From NCBI GenBank assembly GCA_026770705.1, contig JANJGN010000018.1:40548001-40612000 (forward strand): a stretch of DNA of 64,000 nucleotides, written 5' to 3'. Origin of the DNA: Isurus oxyrinchus. Taxonomy: Eukaryota. Below, one piece after another: positions 10,691 to 24,477 of the stretch. Below the pieces are notes generated by a model, which searched no databases, was not told the origin of the DNA, and saw only the letters and a list, made by a program, of their open reading frames with translations. Within the stretch, counting starts at the first letter, position 1; every line of letters starts with the position of its first letter. A program made the translations under genes and the position numbers.

Positions 10691-13246
10691 ACATAGGGCT
10701 GGATTTTCACCAAGTCAGGATGACTTGGGAGCCCTTTAAAAATGGTGGCTGGGACCCGACTCCAGGATTCCCAACCCCATTCCCGGGATTTCCAATTTTA
10801 GGGAGTGCCTTTTAAGGGCAAGGGCTGGTTTGGGTCAAAAGCCTGCACCCCAGACTTGGCCGGCTCCATTGTGGGGATAGGATGTCCTAATCCTCTGCAA
10901 TTTTCCTGGAATTGGGCCATGTTTTCAATGAGTCATGTTTCACGGCACCTCAGAGGGAGACAGTGTCATAAGTGTGGAGGACAGCAAACTGCAATCACAA
11001 TCACACTGATTATTGTCAGTGCTTGACCTGTGCTGTTTCAGTGCTCTGGACAGGGCACAAGACAAACTAGAGAAATTTATTCTGGGAGAGATGGAAACTT
11101 CACTCCAATGGAACAGCATTATTCAAATTTTAGGAAAAATGGTTACATATTCCACAGCAAAGCTTCAGAGGAAAAACTAACATAAACTGTTGCTGGCACG
11201 ATGTCCAAAATCCAGCACCATCAGGACCATGACTGTGCCAGATTTCAGATTTTCCTGGATTTTGTACAATAGAATCAGGAAAGGCACCATTTATACTGGC
11301 AAAATGTAACCTCATTGCCCAAAGCTTTTACACGTTTGACCCGATGGATTCAAACTTCTCCTGAACGGCTCTCCAAAGTCAGGCTGAGTTGCTTCAGGCA
11401 TCATCGGATGCCCTTTGATGCCTGTTATGCCCGTAGTTGCACAGAACCCAGGTCAGTCACAGAAAGTCAGGTTCTGGTTCTCCTGCTCCTTGGCTGGGCC
11501 GGAAGCTAGCCAGGGACCTGCTATTGCTCGCTGAGCACTTTCACGTGCCGTTAGCACCAAACCGATCGACCTTTCGTCCCAGAGTTACAGCCAGATAACC
11601 AATCAAAAGGTATCTGGGGCCACGCGTTCGGGGTGGGGGTTCCAAAAACTCCAGAGCTAGTGCACCAGTATAATATGCTCCGTCCTTTCGACCGAACCGT
11701 CTCTGCGTGAATCAGATGAGTAACACCAAAGCAGAAGGTGTCTGATCGCATCGAATTGTTGAGGAGAAATCATCAACCAACGTAATACTGTAACCTCACC
11801 TACAGGGGCATTCATTTCCATTTTCATGGATGTACTGTTTTCAGATAATTCTGGTCTTTGGACAGCCAGATTTTGTACATCATACTTGCAGTACAGTGAG
11901 ACCAGAAACTTTTCTTTTAAAGTGTCCTGTATTTATGACTTACTTTAGAATTAGCTTCATTCACTTTATTGTGACTTGTATTATAACTTGTAAATAACTG
12001 ACACATTGTTTAATGCTCAATTTGGTATCAGAAAGAAGAATTATTCCTATTAGCTAGGAGACACTTCCACATACTCAAGCACGGACTTTAAGTAATGATA
12101 ACAGAAGTGATATTTCTAATTGTTGGATAAGTCATTTACCCAATAAACACATTCAAAAAGCTAGAGACTGTAATATGATGAGTCACTTCATTTATTAATG
12201 AAAAATATTAATCTTAAAATTCCTAACCGACAATATAGTGTAGCACAAAATCAGATTGTGTGGATTTAATGAAGGGCTCATGCAACTGGCTTCTCCACAT
12301 CGCCAGCACCACCAGTTCTCAAAGGCAGCCACAGTCTCTCTCTTTCTAAATACAACTTATTCTTTATACCTTTTCTTTATAATTTTTTTCATGCTGAATG
12401 GAGTCTCATCCTATGTTGTATGACCACCCAACTTTTCAAACTGATTGCCAAACAGAGATGAGAGGCCCCATGCCTTTTCATACCATACTGCTACTTATTG
12501 TTGCTTTTCCTCAAGCTATAGCTTTGTTGTAAAAAAAACTTTGATGCTTTTACCCTGCTGTGATGAAAAACCAGTGTTCCAAAAGCTTATATGTTTCAAT
12601 CGAATGCTTCTTCAATCTCAATATTTATCCACCTAGCTTATTTATATATTTTTATGTTACAACACCCTTGGTCCTGAAATTGATTTTTCTACAATGTTAT
12701 CAGCAACGATAAGAGAAAAAGACAAACTTTCTGAGAGCACTATTGTGCTAATTCTGTCTACTGTTTTGTCTGTTAGAATTAAGAGGGATGTAATAACATA
12801 TTGATATTTTATACATAGTTCAAGGTGAGAAAAGAGCTCCCATTTGTTGCTTTGTAAACTTATTTTCCTGTCAGAGTTCATAATGTTATCATACTTCCTC
12901 TTCTAATTTGTTTCAGGATCTTTTTTTTTAGAAAAAAAGCAAACCATTACTGCTATATATCACCTCCCAACATGTGTGGTTACCCAATTGTCATTCTGTT
13001 GCTGCATAACAATGATATTGTTCTTGAGAAATGCTGATGTGTTGCAATATTGATTTAAAGCACAAGAAAAGACAGAATTGAGTGGTTTGAATTTACAACT
13101 GATCATATCTTCTGCCTCAAGGGTCACATTTACCTGAATTCCTGTAATATTGTGCACACCTAAAGGCACCAATATTTTATCTGCAGTTCAGGGGTTGTTC
13201 TGGTGGTTGGTATAAGGCATAATGTTGTTTCCCAAACTAGACATAT

Positions 13247-13966
13247 GGGGGGAATTTTATCCCTCCTGGTGGTGTGTTTGGAGGTGGGGGTGGGCATTTA
13301 ATTAGGCAGGAGAGTGGCGTGCTTCTATCAGAATTAAGTCCGGGCAAGGACGGCCCACGTTCAGACTTCCCACCCAGCTACCAAAGCCCTTAAGTGGGCA
13401 ATTAATGACCACTTAAGGGTCTCACCCGCCACCAGTAGGTGGGCCTGTTGCCACTCTGAGCACAACGAGCAAGCCTTTGCAGGCTGCTTGTGGTCTTCTG
13501 AGGGTGGGGAGAGGCGTCCCTGCCTCAAAGGCACTCAGTGCGAGTTTGAGGTCCCAGCATTGGGAAATGGAGTCCCCACTGAGTGCCATCCCGTTTCCCT
13601 TGCTGCCGAACCTCTACCCCCTTACCAGTAACCCTTAGCCCATGATAAACCTCCCACCATAACTTACCTCTGGCCTGGGTTGCTTCTCAGTCCTGGACCT
13701 CTGCTGGCTGTTGTTCCTGCAGCAGCCATTGCCTCCCTGGTGACACTAGTGATCAAAAGAGTTGCTGGCCTCTGATTGATTGGCAGCTCCCGGTGCATGG
13801 GATTTCTGCCCCTAGGGTCCTTGATCCCAGGCAACGCCCCAGTGGCCACTTAATTGCCTGAGAGGCAGTTAATACCAGCGGACCTTCTCGGAGGAGGCAA
13901 AGCAGGTCTCTCGCTGGCTCTACAGCCAGCAGGCAAGACTCCCTATGTCTCCATAAAATCCCCCCC
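13247..13966. mobile_element. Harbinger-type non-autonomous element; same family as 2097-2712 and 59876-60637
   Basis: TIRs GGGGGAATTTTA / TAAAATCCCCCC; shared internal motifs (cttaagtgg, tggcctctgattg, ggtccttgat). Confidence 0.7.
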
Positions 13967-14046
13967 AAACATTAGTTCTCTTTGAGTTCCATCGATTAAC
14001 CAGTATTCTCAAGTTAAAGGATTCTGAGAATGAGCTCTATAGTACA

Positions 14047-16900
14047 TTTTTTTTATTCATTCACGGGATGTGGGCATCGCTGGCTAGGCCAGCATTTATT
14101 GCCCATCCCCAGTTGCCCTCGAGAAGGTGGTGGTGAGCTGCCTTCTTGAATCGCTGCAGTCCATGTGGTGTAGGTACACCCACAGTGCTGTTAGGGAGAG
14201 AGTTCCAAGATTTGATCCAGCGACAGTAAAGGAATGATGATATATTTCCAAGTCAGGATGGTGAGAGACTTGGAGGGGAACTTCCAGGTGGTGCTATTCC
14301 TATGTATCTGCTGTCCTTGTCCTTTTAGATGGTAGTGGTCATGAATTTGGAAGATACCATCTCAAGAGCCTTGATGAATTCCTGCAGTGCATCTTGTAGA
14401 TGGTACACACTGCTGCTACTGTGTGTCGGCGGTGGAGCAAATGAATGTGATGCCAATTAAGCGGACTGCTTGTTCCTGACAATGTGAAGCTTATTGACTG
14501 CTGTGGGAGCTGGACTCAACTAAACAAGTGGGGAGTATTCCATCGCACTCCTTACTTGTGCTTTGTAGATAGTGGACAGGTTTTGGGGAGTCAGGAGGTC
14601 AGTTACCCGTCACAGGATTCCTAGGCTCTGACCTGCTGTTGTAGCCACAGTATTTATATGGTTAGTCCAGTTTAGTTTCTGGTCAATGGTAACCCCCAGG
14701 ATATTGATAGTGGGGGATTCAGTGATGGTAATGCCATTGAACATCAAAGAGTGATGGTGGGATTCTCTCTTGTCGGAGATGGTCATTGCCTGACACTTTG
14801 TGGCGCGAATGTTACTTGCCACTTGTTAGCCCAAGCTTGGATATTGTCCAGGTCTTGCTGCATTTGGACATGGACTGCTTCAGTATCTGAGGAGTCGTGA
14901 ATAGCGCTGAACATTGTGCAATAATTAATGAACATCCCCACTTCTGACCTTATGATGGAAGGAAGGTCATTGATGAAGCAGCTGAAGATGTTTGGGCCAA
15001 GGATGCTACACTGAGGAACTCATGCAGTGATGTCCTGGAGCTGATATGACTGACCTCCAACAACCAAAAACATCTTCCTTCATGCTCGGTATGACTCCAA
15101 CCAGTGGAGAGTTTTCCCTCTGATTCCCATTGACTCTAGTTTTGCTAGGGCTCCTTCTTGCCACACTCGGTCAAAGGTGACCTTGATGTCAAGGGCACTC
15201 ACTCTCACCTCACCTTGGGAGTTCAACTCTTTTGTCCATGTTTGAACCATGGCTGTAATGAGGTCAGGAGCTGAGTGGCCCTGACGGAACCCGAACTGGA
15301 CGTCAGTGCGCAGGCTATTGCTAAGCAAGTGCCAATTGATAGCACTGTTGATGATCCCTTCCATTACTTTACTGATCATGGAGAGTAGACTGATGGGGCA
15401 GTAATTGGCCAGGTTGGATTTGTCCTGCTTTTCATGTACAGGACATACCTGGGCAATTTTTCACATAGCTGGGTAGATGCCAGTGTTGTAGCTGTAGTGA
15501 AACAGCTTGGCTTAGGGGTGTGGCAAGCTCAGGAACACATGTCTTCAGTACTATTGCCAGAATTTCATCCAGGCCCATAGCTTTTGCAGTTTCCAGTGCC
15601 TTCAGCTGTTTGTTGAGATCATATGGAGTGAATTGAATTGGCTGAAGACTGACATCTGTGATGCTGGGGATCTCCACAAGAGGTCGAGATGGATCATCCA
15701 GCTGGTACTTCTAGCTGAAGGTTGTAGCAAATGCTTCAACCTTACTTTATGCACTGATGTGCTGGGCTCCCCCATCATTGCACATGGGGATATTGTGGAA
15801 CCTCCTCCTTCAGTGAGTTGTTTAATTGTCCATCACCTTTCACGACTGGACTGCAGAGCTTAGATCTGGTTGTAGAATCACTTAGCTCTGTCCGTCATTT
15901 GCTGCTTACTCTGTTCGGCGTGCTGTGTGATCCTGTGTGGCAGCTTCACCACGTTGAGGCTTCATTTTTAGGTATGCCTGATGCTGCTTCTGGCATGCCC
16001 TCCTGCACTTTTCATTGAACCAGGGTTGATTCCCCTGGCTTGATGGTAATGGTAGAGTGGGGGATATGCCGGACCATGAGGTTACAGATCGTATTTGAGT
16101 ACAATTCTTCTGCTGCTGATGGCCCACAGTGCCTCATGGATGACTAGTCTTGAGTTACTTGAACTGTTCGAAATCTATCCCAGTTAGAACAATGGTAATG
16201 GCACACAACATGATAGAGGGCATCCTCAATGTGCAGGCTTTGTCTCCACAACGACTATGTGGTGGTCTCTCCTACTGACACTGTCATGGACAGGTGCATC
16301 TGTGGCCAGCAGGTTGATGAGGATGAGTTCATGTATGTTTTTCCCTCTTGTTTGTTCCTTCACCACCTGCCACAGACCCAATTTAGCAGCTATGTCCTTT
16401 AGGACTCAGCTATCTCGGTCAGTAGTGGTGCCATCGAGCCACTCTTGGTGTTGGATATTGAAGTCCCCCATCCAGAGTACACTCTGCGCCCTTGCCACCC
16501 TCAGTGCCTCCTCCAAGCGGTGTTCAATATTGATTCATCAGCTGAGGGGAGAGCAGTACATGGTAATCAGCAGGAGGTTTCCTTGCCCATCTTTGACCTG
16601 ATGGCATGAGACTTCCAGAGTTGATGTTGAGGACTCCCAGGGCAACTCCTCCCGATCATATACCACTGTGCCGCCACCTATGCTGGGTATGTCCTGCAGT
16701 GGGACAAGACATAGCAGGGATGGTGATGTCTGGAACATGATCTGTAAGATATGTGAGACAGCTCTCCAAATTTTGGCACTAGCCCCCTGATATTAGTAAG
16801 GAGGAATTTGCAGGGTCAACAGGGCAGAGATTGCTGTTATTGTTTCAGGTGTCTAGGTTGATGCCAGGTGGTCTGTCCGGTTTCATTCCTTTTTTGCGTC
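14047..16900 (-). mobile_element. CR1-group LINE, decayed ORF2 (endonuclease + RT) with 3' tail
   Basis: SKVMEGII..QFGFRQGHS..LDIKVTFDRVW; ILGVTIDQKLNWTNHI; 3' end at 14047. Confidence 0.85.
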
Positions 16901-17259
16901 TTTTCAGAGGGCATTTTAAGAGTCAACCACATTGCTGTGGATTTGGAGTCACATGTAAGGATGGCAGATTTCCTTCCTTAATTGACATTACAGCATTTGG
17001 TTGTATGGTTTCATGGTGATTATTAGATTTTTAATTCCAGATTTTTATTGAATTCAAATTCCACCATCTACTGTGGTGGATTCAAACTGCTCTGAATTAC
17101 TAGTCCAGCAACAATGCCACTACACCGTCGCCTCACAGCGGCAGAGCCAGGAATCAATTAGCAACAGGTATCTGGGGCTATTCTGAATCCCTCATTACAT
17201 GTAATTTACAAATTTCTTGTGTACATCATCTCCAACAAGAAAAAAAATCATATATGTCA

Positions 17260-17540
17260 TGACCGCCAAACATCTCAAGGTGCTTTACAACAAATGAAGT
17301 ACTTTTGAAGTTTCATTACTGTTGTAGGAAATGCAACATTCAGTTTGTACGCAGCAAACTTCCACAAGCAGCAATGTGATAATGACCAGATAAATATTAA
17401 CTGAACGACAGCTTCTCCACCAATGCAGTACTGAATTATTGTCAGCCTTGATTTTTGTGCTCAAGTCCTGGAGTGGAACTTGAACCCACAATCTTTGGCT
17501 TCGGAGACAAGAGTTCTACCAACTGAGTCATGGCTGACAT
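17260..17540 (-). mobile_element. Deu-domain SINE (related fragments at 3310-3460, 3950-4280, 40990-41210, 54420-54550)
   Basis: tRNA-like head gtgggttcaagttccactccaggacttgagcac and conserved aagtacttttgaag...agcaatgtgataatgaccagata block. Confidence 0.6.
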
Positions 17541-20500
17541 TACAAATGTATTGAAAATTAACTACTTCCATTGTTCTTACATTGACAGATAACAACAGTA
17601 TTGGCGTTATCACAGCAATCATTCTGAAATGATGTCACTTCACCAGCAGGCTTCCTGCTATATCACATCAATCTGAATCTTTGCACCTTCAACCAAACCA
17701 TATTCCCATTTAATTTTAGTTTTTCATTTGGCTGACCAATATAAAATTTGGCATCCAATTATTTTCTATTTCATTTAACCCCTTTTTGAGCCTGATTTAA
17801 GTAGAAACATGTTCCATACAAATTAATGTAATGTAACAAATGGAGATCAGTCGTTCTTAATAGTTTTTGTTGTTCTGGTCCTAAATTCTGTCTGCCTAAT
17901 CATTCTTTTAACTACATGTACATTGTCTTATCATGTTTGCACAATTTCTTTATGTCACTTCACCTGATATCTTGCCAAATTGCATTTTAGTGAAATCGTG
18001 CCATTTCTTCTAGCAGCACATGATTAAAATTTACACACAATAACATAAAACAAAGGCAAAATTACAAAAGAAGGACTTAAAGAGGCAAGTGACCATATTG
18101 CAAATCATTATCCATCCATTATTTGGTCCTTTTCTTTGTTTCGGGTACTTCATTGATTCAACATGGTGTATTTTGTTTTGTTAAAGATGGGATTGTTCCT
18201 TTCTTCTTTAACATGAGTCTGCAGTCCAACCAATTGTTGAATCCCAATTGATTTGCTTTCATTTTGTTTCCAAAAATATAGAAGTTTAAAGTTTTGAGCA
18301 CATCATAATGCCAGATAAATATCATACTACCTTGTGCCAACAATTGCCATTAATAAGAGAAGTCTCTTTCCTCTGAGCAGCAAAGAACATCCTTTCAATT
18401 TAAAAAGCAATAACTCTCCATTTAAGTTAGAATTTATCAGAAAGTAAACAAATTATGAACTGAAAAGGGAAAGATCTTCCAAAGGCTGGTGCCCCTGAAA
18501 AGGTTTAATGGTAACAGTTTGTTTTAACATATCTGTTTTTGGGGCAACATAGGCATGTTTTAGAGATGCATTTTCATTATTAGTCACAGCTTCAAAAGTC
18601 AAAAAGCATTAGTTCGGTTGGTTTAAAAACAATTTCCCCAACTGCCATCATAATCAGAGGTATTTTAAGATCTTAATCTTACTGACTACTTTTCTTAATG
18701 CAGTTTTAACAATTCTATTTGTTCATTCCACTAAGTCTGACACTTGCAGGTGCTATGGAATGTGAAAGATATTTCTGTTCTATTCCTAATACTGTAGATT
18801 CCTCTCCTGCCCTGATGCACAAATCATGCTCCGCTATCACTATCAATCACCTTGATGTTACCACCTGGAAGGAACCTATTCCACAAGAACTGTTGCAGTA
18901 GGAAGTGTGGTGGTATTGCTTCAAACTGATACTTAAAAAAAAAACTAGTAGAGCAAATAGAATAAGAGATTAATGACTTGCTCACTTTGAAAAATCTTTT
19001 AGGGTTTGGGGAGGAGTCAGCCAGCACAATTGCAGACCCTGATGAGTTACTAAGTGCATTAAGGAAGCAATTTGAAAAAGTTCAAACTGTGACTTTATAA
19101 TTTTTGAAAGCTGTCTTTACCTTCTATAAAAAACTTCTGTCCACTTTAAATGGTATAATGTAAATTACAGTCAAAATAAATCCAAACCACATATCTTTGA
19201 GAAAAGAATAAAGTCAAACGCTTGCATGAAATTGCAACGGTTTTCCTTAAATCTCACATTTTGAGGGTACTTTCTTAAATTCAAATGAACTCACTTTTAA
19301 AAACCATACTCACACTTTCAACTCCAGGATCGCAGAATTCACCCCCATAGCGCCACTTGAAGCCATGGTTGTAAGGGTGCCATATCGTGCATGCACTGGA
19401 AGCATAGTGGACCGATTGTGATGTCAAACAATGAGTATCACTGATTTGGCTTCTGACCTGCCATTTTGAACCTCACAGGTACATTTAACATTCAATTACT
19501 CCCAGCTCAAAATGTGTGCCGCTGCACAAGGATCCACCACCACCCCAAAACATTTGTTAAAGGAATCACAATGGAATTGCTAGGTGAGATGCCTTTAACT
19601 AACTTTTGCTGCTGTTCTGTGTTGTTGGAGGGATTTGGAAAAGCTTTTGAATATGGAAGGGAGTAGTGTTGGACTTTGACAAGGAAACTAGAGGAGTTTT
19701 GAGGCCTGTCAGCAAACAGGCTGCTTTCACTAATAGGGGCAATAATTGCAGTTCCTCTTGGGATGCAGCATGACAGGGATAAGGGGCACAGAGGAAGGAG
19801 GAGGTGGTGCATTCTCAGTAGAAGGCCATACCCATGTAGGTTACTGAGGGAGCACTTCCACCTACCTGCACCTCAGCCAGGAGCATTGAGGCTGCTATAC
19901 TTCGCCAAGAAGATGGTCACAGAACTGTGCCATCTGCTCGAACCAAACCTACAGCCACAAAACAAGGGCCAGTGGATCCTTTCTGATGGGTGCAGGTGAT
20001 ATTAACAACATCACAGTTTACCATGCAGTGCCCTGTATACCAGGAGAGAGGATTTCATAGTTTTCTATCTTTTTAGCAGGAGCAATCACATGGCTTCTCC
20101 AGGCTAGCAGATTTCCTGATAGCGCTGGTTGTTAGCGACTGCACATAACTGGCTTGTAGGGTCCAAGTAACAGGGAGATACACTTCAAGGACAAGGCTAC
20201 CCATCCCTGAACATGCAGTTGGTGTGTGATCATGCATGGAACATGATGTCGGTGAATGTTCATAATCCAGGCAACAGCCACAACACCTTCATTGTCAGCA
20301 GACAGCTGTACTTGTCATATTTGAGCCACCATGATGAACCAAAGGCCAGCTGTTTAGTGATGATTAAAAGCTACCCATTATACAATTAGCTCATGACTCT
20401 TCTCCACACCCGAACACACTTGGACAGCATGCCTACAATGAGACCCATGCTGCATAAGGAATGTCAAATAAGGAGCAAACCATTAGTGTTCCTAAGCAAT

Positions 20501-22689
20501 GGTTCAGCTTCCTGGGCAGCTTGGGGAGGCCATCAGGACTTGTGGAATGTGTCTACAAATTCGTGGAGATATGCTGCATCCTCCACAACCTCACTCTCAT
20601 GTGTACACAGTCTTTGCCAGTAAGCCTTTGGTAAGCATCTTCAGAGGAGGAAGAAAAGTAAGAGAGGAGTAGGATGAGGACAGAGAGGAGGAGAAAGAGA
20701 GGAGGCATCTGGGAATCTCTTCGCTCCAAATGGGATATCCTTGACCAGTTACTTATACTCCAGTTCCCTAAAAATCTCATCCACAAATGCTGCAAAATTC
20801 CCCACTTATCCATCCCTGTGCTGTGATCCATCACAACATTCTTTTGGCTGAAATCCTGAAGTAAAAGAGAGCATAACTTCCACAATATTTTTATCCAACA
20901 ATGCTTATAATACCTACAAAACAGAAATACTCACTGTTTTGCCTTCCCTTAGTGAGTGTCTTACGTGTGCCTTTGCCATAGTGCTCCTGCACAGTGCTAC
21001 CCCTCCAGTGGCTGCTGCCTGCTGGCAGAAGGCTGCTAATTTTCATTGGAGGAGATAGCCTTTCAGGACACCTCCAAGCAATTCTGGTCCTTGAGGGCCA
21101 TCTTGGCACAGATGACAGCATTCTGGGCTGGCTGGTTGAAAGGCAACAGCAAAGGCACTGGTGGAATGGCAATGATGGGAGCACGAATGCTGTCATCCTG
21201 AGAGAGGGCAGCAGGTTTGTGCTCCACAGAACTGCTCCCACTTCCCCCTTGTGGTGCCTCAGCAATCCCAGTGATCTGCTGGAGCACAGATTGCTGGGCT
21301 GCTGTGAGAGCCTGCAAGCCCCTATGAGCACTGGTATCTGAAGCCATGATGGCAGCAGTTTGAACCTGCATGGCACCAAGCATCAATCTCATGAGTTCAT
21401 TCTGAGCTTCCATTGCAGCACTGAGACACTGGGTGGATTCTGCCTGTGTTGCGATAGAAGCTGAGACATCAGTTATTAGATGCTTCATCACAACTTATTT
21501 TTATTCATTTATGGGATGTGGGCTTTGCTGGCTGGGCCAGCATTTATTGCCCATCCCTATTTTCCCTTGAGAAGGTGCTGGTGAGCTGCCTTCTTGAACC
21601 ACTGCAGTCCCTGAGGTGTAGTTACACCCACAGTGCTGTCAGGAAGGGAGTTCCAGGATTTTGACCCAGCGACAGTGAAGGAATGGCTGATCTGATAGAT
21701 CTACATGTGCTGTCATGAAATTGGCCACTACTTACATATTGAAATGGATGGCCTCCAAACTCTGATTGACACCACATATCAAATTGGAGTTGGAGTCCTC
21801 AATGCTCCTTGACAGTGACAGCAGGCTTTGTCCTTGCCAATGCACCAAGTGTTTCTCTGTACATGCCCATCAGCTTTGTCCTGAATGTCTTCTCATTGAG
21901 GTCCTCACCTGAGTCTTCGGCAGTAGAACTCCTTTGTGACTTCCCCTTCCAGGGAGCTGGCACACAAGCTATCCTTCTCCACGGCCTATCTGCAGCCATT
22001 TGTATCTAATGATTCATCATATGCTGACCCTGCTGCTGTGCCACCCTCTAAAGTATACGCAGTGTCAGCATCTCAACTGGTTGCTGTGAGTGTCACATCA
22101 AGCCCTGATGCTTCTTCAGACATCTGCTGTTACTCTTGCCCTTCATGCTGTGACTGCACAGGCTGGCCAGGCAGCAGCACTTGGTTGTCTGAAGGAAAAA
22201 CATGCAGAAGTGAGTTGGAGTGAGGGGAAGAGGTGGAAAGCAAGATTGCCATTGTCACACCATCTGCAGCTTGCAGTCCATGCCAGATTGCTGGATAAAA
22301 ATGAAGTGGGAGTTGAGAAGGTGCACAAGGCAGGAACATACCATCATCCTGAATGTTCTTAGCAATGCTGGATACGGTAGTTTCAGTGACTGCTGGCCCT
22401 ATAAGGGAGAGAACCTTTGCCTCCAAAGGGCTCAGGAGATAGAGGCATACCTGTGCCCCACCAGTTCTCTGTGATAATGTGTGACCTTGTCCTGCGAGAG
22501 AGAGGAAAGAATGTCAGTGAACATGTTGCGGAGTGGGTTATGTGCCTGCCACAGCCAAAAAACTGGAGATACATGGAAGCTGCGAGAGGTGGATGTGTGG
22601 CTGGCAGCATTGGTACCTGTGGAAGGGTGAGAGATATCTAAATACTAGGCATGAGTTCAAATTACTATGGGTGAGTGATGGAGGTGTAC

Positions 22690-24020
22690 ATACAAACATA
22701 TGAACAAGGAGCAGGAGTAGGCCATTCGGCCCCTCGAGCCGGCTCCGCCATTTAATAAGATCATAGCTGATCTGATAGAAACCTCAAATCTTCATCCCGC
22801 CTACCCCCGATAACCTATCACCCCCTTGCTTACCAAGAATCTATCCACCTCTGCCTTAAAAATATTCAAAGACCCTGGAACTCTCTTCCTGAAAAAGTGA
22901 TGGAAGCAAAGACTCACGACACTCTGAGAAAAAAAAATCATCTCATCTCCATTTTAAATGGGCAACCCCTTACTTTTAAAGAGTGAGTCCGAGTTCTAGA
23001 TTGTCCCACAGAGGAAACATCCTCTCCATATCCATCCTGTCAAGTCCCCTCAGGATCTTATATGTTTCAATCATGTCACCTCTTAATCTTCTAAACTCCA
23101 GTGGATACAAGCCTAATCTGTCCGAACTTCCCTTTTAAGACAAACTGTCTGTTCTAGGTATTAATCTGGTAAATCTTCCCTGAACTGCTTCCAAAGCATT
23201 TACATCCTTCCTTAAATAAAGTGAGCAATACTGTACATGGTATTCCAGATGTGGTCTCACTAGTGCTCTGCAAACTGAAGCATAACCTCTCTACTTTTGT
23301 ATTCAATTCCCCTCACCTTAAATGATAACATTCTTTTACCTTTCCTAATTACTTGCTGTACCTGCATTCTATCCTTTTGCGATACATGCACTAAGACACC
23401 CAAAGCCCTCTGCATCTCCGAGCTCTGCAATCTCTCACCATTTAGATAATATGCCTCTCTCTTTTATTCTTTCTGTCAATATGGACAATTTCACATTTTC
23501 CCACATTATACTCCATTTGCCAGATCTTAGTCCAATCACTTAACCTATCTATATCTTTTTGTAGCCTCCTTATGTCCAGTTCACAAATTACTTTCCTACT
23601 TAGCTTTGTGTCATCAGCAAATGTGGCAACCATTCCATTCATCCCCTCATCTAGTAAGGTCCCAATTGAGATCCCAGCACTGATTCCTGTGGCACATCAC
23701 TTGGTACATCTTGCCAACTTGAAAAAGACCCAATTATGCTTACCCTCTGTTTCCTGTTAGCTAGCCAAACTTCCATCCATGCCATTATGTTACACCCATA
23801 CCATGAGCTTTTATTTTCCTCAATAACCTTAATGTGGCACTTTATGTAATGCCTTCTAGAAACCTACCAGTTCCCCTTTATCCACAGCACATTTACCTCC
23901 TCAAAGAACTCCAGTAAGTTGGTTAAACACGATTTCCCTTTCCCAAAACCATGTTGACACTTCCTGATTACCTTGAACTTATTCAAGTGCACTGCTATAT
24001 AGTTTCTTTAATAATAGCTT
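22690..24020 (-). mobile_element. CR1 LINE 3' fragment
   Basis: VATFADDTKL..LQKDIDRLSDW..WQMEYNVGKC. Confidence 0.85.
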
Positions 24021-24359
24021 CTAATGTGACGGATTGAGCAGTGAGAGAGGTTCGTGGAAGATGTACTCACTGACCTTGACCACCCATGTGAGAACATTGA
24101 CTGTTTCCAGCACTGTAAGCAGGTCCTGGGGCTAAACTCTGGGAATTGACTTGCTCTCATTCCCTTTGCTCTGCATGCCTCAAGGACCTTTTGGTGCTGT
24201 GTGGAAACATCGCCTCTCTCCTTCTTTGACCTCCTGGAATAAAGCCTCCAGCGCCGCATCAGAGGACCTGGAAGCTCTCTCCCTTGCCTATTTCTCCATC
24301 TGCAGCCTCCTTCCTTTCATCAAACACTTTCTGACTCAGTGCCACAGCTGTTACATAAG

Positions 24360-24476
24360 GGGCAGAATTTTACGGCCCCGTTTTGGCGGGGAAGGGGCCG
24401 TAAAATGTGGTGAGACATTCTAAACCTCCTTGGTTTCAGTGGGAACATAAAATCCTGCTGCCATAAAATTTCGCCC
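24360..24476. mobile_element. 117-bp Harbinger-type MITE
   Basis: TIRs GGGCAGAATTTTA / TAAAATTTCGCCC; 3-bp TSD AAG. Confidence 0.75.
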
Positions 24477-24477
24477 A

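Larger units (their letters stand above)
12230..19100 (-). pseudogene. Putative decayed chondroitin synthase/CHPF-like (CHGN family) gene, copy A, interrupted by TEs
   Basis: Manual minus-strand translation gives colinear family-like motifs: IKWEYG (~17705), HNITGIQVNVTLE..FKPLNSV..NIIV (13172-12960), VWYEKAWGLSSLFGNQFEKLGG (~12488-12423), [22 protein letters not shown] (12355-12243). Many stops and frameshifts; boundaries approximate. Confidence 0.45.

Noticed and set aside
12459-12533. Plus-strand signal-peptide-like ORF MRGPMPFHTILLLIVAFPQAIALL
   Set aside because: Stops after 24 codons and is not preserved in the 32-kb paralogue; the minus-strand frame explains the conservation better.
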